A stretch of 64,000 bases of DNA from Octopus vulgaris. Taxonomy: Eukaryota. Position 1 is the stretch's first letter. Each line of letters opens with the position of its first letter. Positions 26,971 to 41,753 of this stretch are shown here, in pieces. The position numbers and the translations under genes were made by a program. The DNA lies in NCBI GenBank assembly GCA_951406725.2, contig OX597823.1, positions 65,472,001-65,536,000 on the forward strand, given 5' to 3'. The notes beneath the pieces were generated by a model. It searched no databases and was not told where the DNA came from. It saw only the letters and a list, made by a program, of their open reading frames with translations.

Positions 26971-27198
26971 TCACCTTTGACAAACGTAGATACAAAGACA
27001 CACACACACAGACATATACACGCGCACACACAGCCACACATATTTTAGGTACATTCTGCGTCTATTCCCCGTCCAATTGTACACTCATTATACGTATACG
27101 CTTTTTATCTGTCGTTGTTTATTTACAATACCTTTATTATCATCTATTAAGTAACTGTACGCAATGCACCCCGACTGTAATCAACATTTATATATATA

Positions 27199-27843
<645 letters not shown>

Positions 27844-27855
27844 TATATATATGTA

Positions 27856-28026
27856 TACGACGGGCTTCTTTCAGTTCTCGTCTACCAAATCGACTCTACC
27901 AACGCTTTGGTAGAGTCAGGTTTACTAGAGACGTCAGTTGCCCAAGGTGCCAAGCAGTGCGACAGAAACCAGAGCCATCTGGTTGGGAAGAAGCAAGCTT
28001 CTCACCACACAGTTATGCCTGCGCCC
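27856..28026 (-). mobile_element. Diverged 5' half of a Twin-like SINE
   Basis: acgacgggcttctttcagtt...ttgcccaaggtgcc...cctgcgccc. Confidence 0.75.
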
Positions 28027-28169
28027 ATATATCCACACACACACACACAAACACATATATATATACACATACACACACATGTATGTGTATGTATATATAG
28101 AGATTATATATTACATTTATATGAAATTATATATATATTATATATACATACACACACACACACACACAG

Positions 28170-28224
<55 letters not shown>

Positions 28225-28319
28225 GGTCCCGGGTTGATTCGGGGTTAACCACAGTAAATAAGGTACTCAATACATAGCAGAGTAAAATTAATTTATTAAT
28301 TTATTATATAGAAGGAGCT

Positions 28320-28375
28320 TCAATTCAACTCACGAAAGTATGGGGGTACCCCCATACTTTCGTGAGTTGAATTGA
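28320..28375. repeat. Perfect 56-bp spacerless palindrome
   Basis: tcaattcaactcacgaaagtatgggggt|acccccatactttcgtgagttgaattga. Confidence 0.95.
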
Positions 28376-28496
28376 GCAAACACTATATGAGAGAGATTTT
28401 CTTTAAGTATTGGAAATAGTTTAAAAAAAGTTTTTTTAGCTGCTATTTCTAATGAGTTCAGTATGCGGCAAAGTAATTTATTTTACTAAGCCCTTT

Positions 28497-28550
<54 letters not shown>

Positions 28551-29170
28551 ACATATTCACATATCTGTATATGTATGTATATTATACATACTTACATACA
28601 AACACGTATACATTATACGATTGCTACAGTAACTAAAGGAGATAAATCTAACCGTATAAGTCTTTGTACGTGACGATTCTGCAGTTTATTTATCTTAAAT
28701 ATCACGTGTTGTACTTCAGCAAAATTAAATGTTTTCTAAATTAGTTACTTATATCTGTTCAAATATCTTATTTGTGATGCAAATTTTGCAATTGATATTT
28801 TTTTTTACTTTAAAAAAAAATATTACTAATCAAAACATTCAGTAAAAAATATAGTTTAAACATTATACTTTATTCTTTCTAAAAATATTTTTCTATCTTT
28901 AATTCATATAAATAAAATATTACATGGAGATCTTTTCGAAATCGCTGATTGCTCTATAATTTATATTACTGTAGTTGCATGACAGTTTAATGTAAGTTTA
29001 GCAAATAGTTAAAATTTCCTGAAATGATGAAAGTAGATAGTTAAACAAGAAAAAAATATAACGCTTGTTTTTTAAATGAACACACGAAATATGGTATAGG
29101 CAAATTATATTTGTCTGAGAATACATTGAAAGGTAGATCCACTGAGTGTGTGTTATTACATGACGAAGAA

Positions 29171-29599
29171 TCTCTCTATATATAAATCTGAAGTTGCCTG
29201 TGTATGGCAGATGTATGTATGTATATTATACATACTTACATACAAACAATATCTCCTTCAACTAACACTATCTCCTCCGAGATCCTGCGGCACAAGTTAA
29301 GCAAAATTAAGAGTATCATAGAAGAAGGCTTGCTCTCCCTTCCGTAGAAGAAAAATTCAAATTGGACGATGTTAACACCAAAAATTATTTACATCAATAA
29401 GGTGGGTTTTTTTCCTATGAAAATCCCTAATTTTTATGATTTTTTGACTGCTGTGTCGCCATTTTTCGGTGTATTTCAACCAGAAAAAATGTTCACTTAA
29501 AGAAAATAACAAGCTACATAATGCAAAAGTTTTACTTTTCAAAAATTCCAATTCTAAAGGGTCGAAACAAACACGAGCAACGTCGGGCGATACTGCTAG
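29171..29599 (+). mobile_element. Non-autonomous Helitron
   Basis: A|TC start, CTAG|T end, subterminal GC-rich cgagcaacgtcggg, no TSD. Ends shared with 36355-36723. Confidence 0.8.
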
Positions 29600-29689
29600 T
29601 AATAGGATAATGTCAGAGAATTAAAATATTTTGTTTTAAGGATTGAAAGAAATACAAGACAGGTGTATGAAATAAATATTTCTAAAAAT

Positions 29690-29835
29690 CGAATTATGAG
29701 AAAGCAAGCTGAGACCCCTTCGGTCATGAATGACCATGGGATTGCACCTATAAAGTTATCCTCCCAGACACAAGTCCGGCAAGGTTGTTTATGGAAGACC
29801 AGCAGTCGCCAATGCATACCGGCCTCCCATCTCCA
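29690..29835 (-). mobile_element. SINE/LINE 3' tail fragment
   Basis: Homologous to 52760-52880 (accccttcgg.catga...gcaagg...tgcatacc.gc.tcccatctccacg). Confidence 0.6.
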
Positions 29836-30209
29836 CGTTACGGCACCAATAACTTCAGATCATACATATGTGGTTGTTCTTTATTTCCAACAAAATAAAG
29901 AACGTTTACTAAAATCTTCTAATAATAAATGGAAACTGTAATAATGATAATAAAATTGTAATGGTGGTGATGGTGATAATGATAAAAATAGAAATAGTAA
30001 TAATATGCTGCAGCTGCTAATACTAAATACTACTAATACTACAATAATACTCCAACTACTACTATTATGATAGCGCAGGACCCTGAGGCACAACTACCAC
30101 CCTTACCACTAACCTACTCTGCTACTGCTGCTGTTGCTGCAACCACTACAGCTAATACACATAAAAACAATAATATCAGCGATATCAGTGATGACAATCA
30201 TAATAATAA

Positions 30210-30720
30210 CGAAAGTAAACGGGTGGAGCCTCCCCATGGCTCGATTAATGATACATCTAGGGATGTTATCACAATAAAAACACTGGTAATTGCGTATCCT
30301 GATAATCGGTACCTCATATGAGTGGAAATGAAAAGCAAAATATTGTGAATGACGGTGTTAACGAAACAGAAGCCAATGATGGTGACAGCGTTAGAGCCGG
30401 TAGGCTCTGAGATTCTCGTCCGACTCCAGCCTGTCGATATCCAGAAATGGACCACCACACACGGCGTAGATGTAGATGGAGCAAGCAAATTAATACTATG
30501 GCCATGGCGTATTACTATGTGAGCAACATGGTAGATGAAAAGGGTGCTCAAATTAGGGGTTATCAACAACGTATGTATGGTCGTTGGAAAGAAACGGGAT
30601 TGTTTCAACTCGTGGAACAGAGATTATGTGATCAAGCTAGAGCAATAAGAAAAAATTGTTGGTTCACAGAAGTAGAGCTCGAAGCTCTCAAAGACGGGTC
30701 ATAGACAATAGCAGCAGAGA
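30210..30720 (+). mobile_element. R4/Dong-clade element 5' fragment (N-terminal ORF domain)
   Basis: RCRWSKQINTMAMAYYYVS...RGYQQRMYGRWKE...VEQRLCDQARAIRKNCWFTEVELE matches the N-terminal EQRLxDQxRxI motif of R4/Dong ORFs. Starts just after a (TAA)n stretch. Confidence 0.75.
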
Positions 30721-31688
30721 TAACAATGAAAATACAGTTCTAACAAATATAAGTAATCTCATAGCACTGCAGTTTTCTCTGTTTCGACAGACAAAAAATC
30801 ATATCCAGTGAATTTTTAAAACGTCATATCAACAGTTTTCAGTGAAAAAATTTTGCCTTTCCGTTCCTTTCTCCCTGAATATTCGAAAATGTAAACATTC
30901 TTTTTATTGTCAAATGAAAACACCACGGACATACAAAACGAACACTTCAAAAAATTTAGAAACATTAATATCTCCAATTTTGTGCGAATATATTGTCTTC
31001 CCTTCTTCCCTGACTAACAAAATATGCAAACATGCCTTTTATTGCAACAACACAATTAAATGCACGATAAAACATTAAGGAAGTAAGCAACTGCCAATAT
31101 ATACCTACTGCACAACTACAAAAACTGTAAACCACAGCAAAAAAAGAAATTCAGAAATTAAAAAATCCAACAAGGTGAACCTGCTCTTCCTCCTACTATT
31201 CTCAAAGACTGGAATATCTATAATTTCCTTTTAATATTTTAAATCTCCCTCAAAATAAAATAAGTTAGGATACTTACAAACCTACAGCTTTCGAACACAC
31301 GAACGATCAGCTTAAAGTAAAACACCTTTAATATCTACAACTACTATGTGAAAACCTATCCTTTCCTTTCTCACTGAGTATTCGAAAATGTATAAGAACA
31401 CTGCCGTTTCTCTCTGTACCGTAATAAAAAAGACCATAATTAGTAAATCTTGAAATTTATTATCTACAATTTGTTTTCTTTTCTTTTTGACTCTCCCTGA
31501 GTAATGGAAATTGTACACATCTTTTTCATTGCAAAAGTCATACTGTATTATCCAACTGGGCAGACAAACGAACATCTTAAGAAAATGTTAAAACTTTAAT
31601 ATATTACGCAAATACGTAAACAAATTTTATTGCAACAACACAATTGAATTCAGAAATTCAAAAGTTTACCGACGTGAATGTCAGTAGA

Positions 31689-31760
<72 letters not shown>

Positions 31761-32047
31761 TGTGTGTGTGCGTGCGCGTGTATTATTATTAATGTTTTTC
31801 TACCAGTAATTACAAATAGAAGAGTTTGAATATTGCTTCTTTTGAAGGCACCGCTTTCAGTGGTCACTGGTAATAGTAAACACATTTGACGTCTGCTGAC
31901 CAAAAGAATGCGAAGATTCTTTTTTTCTATGGCTGATCTCCTCAACATCTGCCGAATATGTGTATAGATTCGTAGAATATGATCTATTCACCAAACTGCT
32001 ACCCAATTATTTCCTCCAATCATGGTAGTGATCGTGATAGTGATAAT

Positions 32048-32488
32048 ACTCTCTCTTTTACTCTTTTACTTGTTTCAGTCATTTGACTGCGGCCATGCTG
32101 GGGCACCACCTTTAGTCGAGTAAATCGACCCCAGGACTTATTCTTTGTAAGCTTAGTACGTATTCTATCGGTCTCTTTTGCCGAACCGCTAAGTTACGGG
32201 GTCGTAAACACACCACCATCGGTTGTCAAACGATGTTGGAGGGACAAACACAGACACACAAATTCACACACACATACATATATATACATATATTCGACGG
32301 GCTTCTTTCAGTTTCCGTCTACCAAATCCACTCACAAGGCTTTGGTCGGCCCGAGGCTATAGTAGAAGACACTTGCCCAAGGTGCCACGCAGTGGGACTG
32401 AACCCGGAACCATGTGGTTGGTTAGCAAGTTACTTACTACACAGCCACTCCTGCGCCTATACTTACCACACAGCTACTCCTGCGCCTA
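32048..32488 (-). mobile_element. Twin-like SINE with duplicated 5' terminus
   Basis: Full reverse complement of the 25436 family. The first ~29 nt are repeated at 32460-32488. Confidence 0.9.
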
Positions 32489-32517
32489 TGATGAAAATAA
32501 TAATAATAATAATAATT

Positions 32518-32559
<42 letters not shown>

Positions 32560-33755
32560 ACGCTGCAACTGCTAATACTAAATACTACTACTACAACAAT
32601 AATACTACAACTATTAATATTATGAGACCACACACACACAAACACAAAAGCGTGTGTGTGTTTATATTGCTCTGGAGGAACAGACTGCAAGGTTTAGTGA
32701 AAACGGTGCGTTTACAGTTTTTCTTCAACAGTGATAATTCGATAGCTGCAGAAATAACAGCAATATGGGAAAATCCCAGAAGTTGTAACTTTGCCGAAGG
32801 TGAACTGTAGATTCTCGAGTGTATCTGGTAGCCATTAGAGTTAGCTGCTGGGCTCAATGTGAGTGGTGATGAGAATACAGGTGAGCCATTGGTGAGGTTT
32901 TGGTTTAATATAGCATTAAACCAGATATAACTGACATAACCTTAGACTGCCTGCAGGTCTGTGGGTCACTAAAGGTAAATGTGTGTTTTCTTGCAGGGAG
33001 AGAACAAGATAACCTTTCTTTGAGTGTAAATGTTTCTGATATAGAATATTCAATAATATATTCATTAGAATATTGCCTGCATAAGGTTAAAAGCGTGATT
33101 AACTAAGAAAATAATTTTGAATTCACAGTAGTTAGATATAATCTATTTTGGCTTTGGAAGTATGTTCTTTCTATCTTATATTTACGTTCCTACTGACCTA
33201 ACGACCCTTAACGTATCGATTTCTCACGGAAATTATACCTGGCTATATCGCACGAGCTCGGTGGGCGAAAAATATTCTGATTTAGTTTAGGAATCCACGA
33301 ATACTTAGGTTTTCTAGAGGTTCCTTTTAAACTTTAGAGTCAATCTAAAATGAAAATTGATAACGACTTTATAGCAATAGCATATTTCTCCCAATTATTT
33401 CTGCTATCCCCTGCACTTAACATATACATAAAATGTACATAGAATGTACATAAAATAAGACTGTCAAAATTCTTACAATTCAATTCGTTTCATATTCTAG
33501 TAGTGGCAACATCTTGAATAAAGCTGCATGGATACATTTAAGACACATGAAATGTTAATGCATGTGAACCAACAGGATGTAAATAGATACCGCATCGTAG
33601 GATATCTATGGAGCAGAAACATGTCTGACAGAGGTTTAAAGAGAATATACTGTGTAAAAGACTCATAAAAATGTATAAATGTATAATTCTTCAAATTACT
33701 CTAATATCTTATATACATACATTCATATATGTATGTATATATATATATATATACA

Positions 33756-34750
33756 CGAGGGCTGATCAATAAGTATCCAGACTCTTACTATAACGACGAA
33801 GCTAAAGCTCGCAGAGTAAAGTCGCTTGGTACGGACTGACCTTGAACTCTGCTGTGTATGCGAATTAAGTTTTAACGTTCTAGCTCACTTCCACTGTTTA
33901 GAGCAATGCTTGGAAGGAACGTATATAGCGTGTGATCGTCGCATTGACACTTGACAGAGATATCGCCAAGCTTTTGGCGATATCTGCTCAGAGGCTTATG
34001 CAATAATTTCAAAGAGTCTTCATCGTCCTCGATACAATCAAGATGAACTTGTGCAACTGAAACCCGAGTGTCGTTTTGGTCAGCTGAAAACTTGGTAGAC
34101 AGACATACGTTTCATACCCAAATCTTCAGTGATAACGCACTGAACTGAACCGTAAATAATCTGCACATCCTCTGATAACTCGCGGATGGGGGATTCGAGG
34201 GCTTTTCCTCAAAGCTGCACACACATATACTATGATTTTCTCTGCTTTACTGTTAGCGGTATTCCCAAAATGTATGTCAATATCGACATTTTTTCAGCCA
34301 TCTTGGATGAGTCAGGCACGCTCAGGTAGGCCATCCACAAGCCGAAGTGAGGAATAAATTGAGAAGATTGGGCAAATAGATATGAAACATTGTCTTGTAA
34401 CAATCTAGCAAATTGCTCACGAAGTGGGAATTAAAACAGAATCAGTGCACTCCTTTTTAAGAGAGGATTTGTGCATGCGGAGAGTGTCGGCAAAATTCGA
34501 CCTCAAAGTATTCGTAGAGCGGCAGAAACACCTCGGCATGGAAATCGCTCAGGAAATGCAGAGCTGTGCAACCACGACCCAGACCTCATAAAGGCCATCA
34601 TCACTGGTAATGGTCCCTGCTCTATGTGTTCGGTCATCTTACGTGGTAATGAAAATCCGACGAGCGCGCACTATACATATGTATACTAGGTATAACGGCC
34701 GGAAATTGATGTAACAGCCAGAAAATGTTCATGTATGCGGAAGAAAGGTG
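33756..34750. mobile_element. Rearranged mariner remnants (opposite-orientation transposase N-terminal pieces)
   Basis: TIR-like cacgagggctgatcaataagtatcc. Minus-strand EDLGMK-type piece at ~34010-34300 and plus-strand RSGRPSTSR...EDLCMRRVSAKF...IITG at 34305-34610. Confidence 0.7.
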
Positions 34751-34868
34751 GTGTCAGCTCCCATTTACATGATTTTTTCCACGCGGCATTAGTTTTGGCA
34801 GAAAAAAAATAAAGTTCGATAATATTTGAAAGTGCCTCCTACAGATACATATACACACGCAAATACAC

Positions 34869-34899
<31 letters not shown>

Positions 34900-35263
34900 T
34901 GTATGTATGTATGTATGTATGTATGTATGTATGTTCGTGCATGTGTGTGTGTTTGGGTGTGTATGTGTGTGTATGAGTGAGTGTGTGCGTTGGTGTTGAT
35001 ATACTACATTGTGCAAAACTACAGTTCCCTATATAGACCACGTTGGTGCTTAACACAGAAAAGAAATGTGGCACTGAACTACACTGTTTACGATATGTAC
35101 ATATATATATCTTTTTCAATGTCGTTCAAGTAGTGAATATGTCACAGATGCCAACTGAAGTAATTGAACTTCTTCCGTTAAAGCATTTGACGTAAGACAA
35201 ATCAACGAATGTTTAACAATTTGTTATGATTAAAAGTTTCAAATAATGATAATAATTAATACT

Positions 35264-35820
35264 ATGGGCACGAGGCCCAAAATTTGGGTCAGGGAGACTA
35301 GTCGATTCATCGACCCCAGTGCTTCACTGGTACTTAATTTATCGACCCCCAAAGGATAGACGGCAAAGTCGACCCGACGGAATTTGCACTAAAACGTATT
35401 GGCCGACGAAATAGCTATTTCTTTACTACCCACAAGGGGCTAAACACAGAGAAGACAGACAAACAGATTAAATCAATTATATGGACCCCAGTGCGTAACT
35501 GGTACTTATTTAATCGACCCAAGAAGGATGAAAGGCAAAGTCGTGCTCGGCGGAATTTGAACTCAGAACGGAACGGCAGACGAATACCTATTTCTTTAGT
35601 ACCCATAAGGGGCTAAACACAGAGGGGACAAGCAAGGACAGACAACCGGATTAAGTGGATTACATCGACCTCAGTGCGTAACTGGTACTTCATTTATCGT
35701 CCCCGAAAGGATGAAAGGCAAAGTCGACCTCGGCGGAATTTGAACTCAGAACCTAGAGACAGACGAAATGCCGCTTAGCATTTCGCCCAGCTTGCTGACG
35801 ATTCTGCCAGCCCGCCGCCT
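35264..35820 (-). mobile_element. tRNA-derived SINE with Meta-like core repeated three times
   Basis: Core (rc) gactttgcctttcatcctttcggggtcgataaattaagtaccag at ~35300, ~35470 and ~35650. Head ends gccagcccgccgcct. Confidence 0.8.
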
Positions 35821-36354
35821 TCAAGTAACAATAATGATTATTATCATATGATATTGAAATATTTCGCAGTCCATAATGTGAAATGTACCGTGAAGGGAGA
35901 ACATTTTTAATGCTACTGTTACCTAATCATGCCCTATATCTTGTGAATTGTTCTCTCAAATCGTAGACTTTCAACAAAATGGCTTCTGTCATGCTGCAAT
36001 ATTTTATGGCAATTAAACAAAAGCAATAAAACAACAATATATCACAGAACGATATCTAGACTCGTTATACGCAGCTGAGATTTTCGATAATGATACCAAA
36101 ACAATATTTTATAATCAAAATTATTACATCAAGGCGCCGGTGTAGCAAACTGGAACAAACATTAGAGAGTCGGATAAAATGCATTTCATCATGCATACCG
36201 GCTCTTTATAGTTTAAGTTCAAATTATATCGAGGTAAGATTTGCCTTCCGTTACTTTTTCATCGATTAAATAAAATATTAGACAAGTATTACGTTATGTG
36301 TAAAGGATTACGGTCCACCTCTCAAAATCGTTGTCCTTATGCAAAAATGAGAAA

Positions 36355-36723
36355 TCTCTATATATATAAACGGCAGTTTGTCTGTGTGTGTTTCTGTGTT
36401 TCTGTTAGGTTGTACCCTCACCCTGACCACGGCTTTCAACCGCTTCTGATGAAACTTGACACACACATAGCCCAATGTCATAATTCAAAACTAACGCAGC
36501 GAAAATTTTGAAAAGTTCCCCCAGTTCTGAAAAAAAATCGATAAATTCGACATGGGGTCGAGAATCAGAAACACAAACCACAGACTGTCTAGGGGACGCA
36601 ACTCGACCTTTTTAACTAAAAAATTTTACCATCTTTTTTTTCCATTTTTTGGCTATAACTCTCTAAAAATGCTTTATAGTTATTTCCCTTACAAACCCGA
36701 GCAACGCCGGGCGATACTGCTAG
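36355..36723 (+). mobile_element. Non-autonomous Helitron
   Basis: A|TCtctatatatataaa...cccgagcaacgccgggcgatactgCTAG|T. Confidence 0.82.
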
Positions 36724-37599
36724 TTATCACTAAAATGTTATTCGACAATATCGTGGAAAACACGTTTGGAAAATTAAATATAAACGGAGGATTTATTGAA
36801 AAAAATACACGTGTGAAAAATATTCATTTTTTTTTTTTATCTGGCTTCAGTATCTGAGAATGATCGGGAATTCTTTCCGTAACAAGTATAAACAAGAGTA
36901 AATATCAAAATCTATACTGCTTAGCATTGAAACTATTTTTATAGAAATTCTTGAGAAACTCTAAAAGATAAAAAAAAGTAACAATATTCAGCATATTTAT
37001 TTTTGTATACACATATTTTACAAGTGATGATATTGATGATTACTATAATAGTTATATAGAGAATGATGATTTTAGTAAAAATGATGTTTTTGGTTGTGAT
37101 ATGAGAGGCTTGGCTTGAATAACAACGGAAATAAGACATGGCTGATGAAACTTAACGCTCCCCGAGCAAAGGAAATCCAATAACTTTATTGAATCAAAGA
37201 GAAAAATTAACAAACCAAATAGATAGTTATGCTGTTCAGTATCCCAGCAAGTAAAAGTGCAGTGTTACGTGTCCTGAACGTATACAAAATACACTCTTTA
37301 TAATAATAACCGTGAAACGGTAACAAATAAAATTATGCAACCGCAACAAATAAGAAAAGAAACAAAGGATATACATAGTAAAACAAATTGAATCAACTGA
37401 AAATAAACTGAATGCTACATAAAACCCAAACTACAGCCAGCAATACATAAATTGGTTGAAAAAAAAAAGAATACCAAATGACCCAGGTCTTTTTCTTATG
37501 AGAAGGTGAAAAAAGTTGCACTGAGGTTTTAATCTTACTGCAGCGTACATGTGTGCGTCTGTAGAAACACACACACACACACACAACAGACACACACAC

Positions 37600-37633
<34 letters not shown>

Positions 37634-37791
37634 CAAACATACACACTTACACACACACACACACAAACACACACACATACACATACAAGCATGTATATAT
37701 ATACAGAAAGTTTAAAACTGAGTATATTCAATTATATTTATCTTTCAGTGAGTGGAATACTTTTTTCTTGCGCCTAGCCGAGAGTAGACTG

Positions 37792-37860
<69 letters not shown>

Positions 37861-38489
37861 GTATACATACACACACACACACACACACAAACGCGCTCAC
37901 ACACACACAAACGCGCTCACACACACACAAATATATACTCACGCGTTCTCAAAGTATTGTCCTCTCAAACAGTAAGTAGCCTTCAAAATGGCTTTCTTTA
38001 AGCAGAGATGCTTTCGGAATTTGGAGAATGGTGCGGTGCTCGTAGTCTTTATAGTATCGCCTAGAATAATAACAACATCACAGCCAATTACACATCTTGG
38101 CGATCATTACAGTATTATTAGAAAAAGTAGATAGAGTAGATGTACTTGTGAGCCAGAAGATAGGAAATTGCTTCAATATAGAACTGTATAGAAAATAGCT
38201 GTAAGAGATATTTTACTAATCACTTTGTCCTTTACTCAGTTTTGTCTAGTGTTTCACTGTGGGTAACGGGAGTACCTACTAAAACTTGAAAGCATTATTC
38301 CTGAATACGAAGATAATACAGTACTGGATTCGAGACATCAAGCTATATTTCTAAATTAATATTATCCGCTGACCCACTTTGCATGCATCAGTAACTTTGA
38401 GAATAAAAACATTAATAAGTTCGTTTCCGGTTAACTTATTTTAATCAATACATATATGAAGCTAAAACACCAGCATTTGGATGATTTAT

Positions 38490-38801
38490 TATTATTTATG
38501 AGCCCATTTCAAGTTTAGCCAGGCTCATGGGCCCGGTTTTCCGGGTTCTGTGGCGTATGTGTTCCCCTCAGCTGGACGGGACGCCAGTCCATCGCAGCGT
38601 TACTCAAGAAACAGGAAGAAAGAGTGAGAGAAAGTTGGGGCGAAAGAGTACAACAGGAGTCGCTACCAACCCCTGCTCGAGCGTCGTGGAGCTTTAAGTG
38701 TTTTTGCTCAATAAACACTCACAACACCAGGTCTGGGAATCGAAACTGTGATCTTCCGACCGCGAGTCCGCTGCCCTATCCACTAGGCCATTGCGCCTCC
38801 A
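38490..38801 (-). mobile_element. tRNA-derived SINE (OR-type) with 12-bp TSD
   Basis: ttggatgattta at 38477-38488 and 38802-38813. Head tggaggcgcaatggcctagtgg. Confidence 0.88.
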
Positions 38802-39875
38802 TTGGATGATTTACCAGAGATAAAAGAATTCAAACACCAGCGATTAATCCACAAAACTTCATGTGCACGACAGTCACAGTTTTTAAAGTCACGGCCAGGT
38901 TGTCATTACCAAGAATAACAAACATATTCATATATTCCAACAAAGTTAGTATTGCTGTGCATATAAATGTTTTACCAAAAGTTAAGAGCAGATATTAGAT
39001 GTGCGAGCAGGTGCCGAAAAGCTGGTTTGAATGACGTCGTGCAAGGTATGGCTGGAGGCCTACGTTCTTAAATCCATACACAGGGTGTGAATCTGAGAAG
39101 GGAATATGTTGAATACAATCATAATTAACTGATCCTCCTGTATTTTGTTTCACTCAAAACCATGAACTTTTTAGCATTCCCTTGTATGGGTGTGAACATC
39201 AGGTATTGCGCATTCCTGCCAAAGACAAATGGGGAAAATATCGACCGAGAAACATGTTAAGGTAGTTATTTTAGCACAATATGTAAACTTCTAATTAAAT
39301 ATGTACAAAAAGACAGGAAACTAGTATACGTCACTGGTATTTTTGTTATTCAGGTACATTTGTGTCTTATGTTAAGAAAACTGTACATGTCAATGAATGA
39401 CTGAAAAATTATAGATATGAAGGGAAATCTCTGAATTCTAACAGTTTTTTTTTTCCAGAAAATAGTTTATCTGAAGTAGCTGTAATTTTTCTAGAGGTAG
39501 TATTAATCGGGAAAACGTTAACCAGCTTTCAATGTACTAACTTTTGCCTATGAAAATTATCAAAACTTAGCTGTGAAGTAAAAACTATAGCAATAAGTAG
39601 CTTTAATAGGTACAGTAAATATTCTAAACTAGATACATTTAACACAGTAATACAAATCACACAAAATATATTCTAAACAATCATTTTTTTAATCATACAA
39701 AAGCTTTTATATAAATAAGAACAAAACAACATTAGAATCAACCTCAATAAATAAAAAAAAATCCACATCACAGCAAATTGGATAAAACGAAAACACGCAA
39801 TCTTTGCTCAAAATCATAAAGTTGTACACACAACAGGAAGATAGATTATAGACGCAGATGTGCAATTTGAATTAA

Positions 39876-39953
<78 letters not shown>

Positions 39954-40000
39954 ACTGCTGCTACTACTACTACTACCACTAATAATAATGATAATGATAA
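39876..40000. repeat. (TAC)n/(TGC)n/(TAA)n trinucleotide tract
   Basis: Direct reading. Confidence 0.95.
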
Positions 40001-40215
40001 TAGATTAAAAATATGCACCCATATATGTGAATATGCGTATATATATATATATATATATAAATATATATACCTACATATGTATGTACAAATACATGTGTGT
40101 ATACATTTGCATACATACATATGTACATGCATACACACACATATATACACGTATATTTACATATCTGTATATACTGGGAGCTATATAGATGCCTATATAT
40201 ATATATGTACATATG

Positions 40216-40265
<50 letters not shown>

Positions 40266-40276
40266 TGTATGTATGG

Positions 40277-40323
<47 letters not shown>

Positions 40324-40899
40324 AGTGTGTATATATTTAGATTGATAGATAGATAGATATATGCGCAAAGATATACTCACATTGCTTATATGTATGTGGA
40401 AAAAATATCTAATTTTATATATGGAAATATATAACTTCACGTATTTGTGTTTTTGATGTTTTTCTTTTTTTTAAGTGTTTACAGAAATTTAAAAGCTGAA
40501 CTAAAATAATTCATTTATCGGAATCGAACTGATTCCGATAGATGGAACTATGCATATTACAGAAAACGACATCAAAATTACAAATACAATAACAACAAAA
40601 ACATCGGCAAATTATCAAGCTGAAAATAATAAAAACAAATATTGTAATAAGAGTTGTAATAAAAATTAATAAAAATAACCAGAAATTGAATTTGCCATGG
40701 TCTGCTGGTACATCAGTAGTAATTTCCTTAGTACAACGACTGGCTAAACTTTCTTACTATATTTGTATATACATACTTGTATACATACATGCATACATAC
40801 AAACATACATACATGCATGCATACATACGTACGTACGAACATACATGCATATTTATATATGTATATATCATATAAATATGTGTGTGAACACATACATAC

Positions 40900-40942
<43 letters not shown>

Positions 40943-41056
40943 TATATATATATATACACGCACATCTATACGGATTCACACGCTAATAAGTATTCACCCG
41001 CGAACATATATAGACATATTTAGACATGTACATAAGGATATGTATGTAACTCCTTC

Positions 41057-41110
<54 letters not shown>

Positions 41111-41264
41111 GCTACCTATCAACATATTTGTGGAGGTGGGGAAGTCCGGGCGCGCATTTCTATGTGTGTGCATGCGTGTTTACATACATACACATAACTG
41201 ATATATATATATATATATATATTTATATAAATAATATATATATATATAATATTATATATATATA

Positions 41265-41335
<71 letters not shown>

Positions 41336-41619
41336 ATATTCGTGGTTCACTGAATTAATTTTGCATGTGTCAGAGCCATTTGATTTTGTTTCATAAATAT
41401 ATATATATCATTTTGCTAAAAGTTTGTCAGAAACTAATATTTTTGTCTTTTAACTCAATATTTTAATTTTTTTTAGCTTGCCAATAGTTTTCTGCAACAG
41501 AAATATTTTTATGAGACTTACAGCATTTAGTTTTCCTTAACGTTATTTTGTGGAAACAATATTTATACTATAATGGATTTACGTTTAACGTTTAACTGCT
41601 TAACAAACACAAGACATAC

Positions 41620-41667
<48 letters not shown>

Positions 41668-41707
41668 TATATATATATATATGCATATATATATATATAT
41701 GTATGTA

Positions 41708-41753
<46 letters not shown>

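Noticed and set aside
36446-37155. CTGATGAAAC at ~36446 and ~37143
   Set aside because: Boxes overlap with no room for stem II; the first is internal Helitron sequence.
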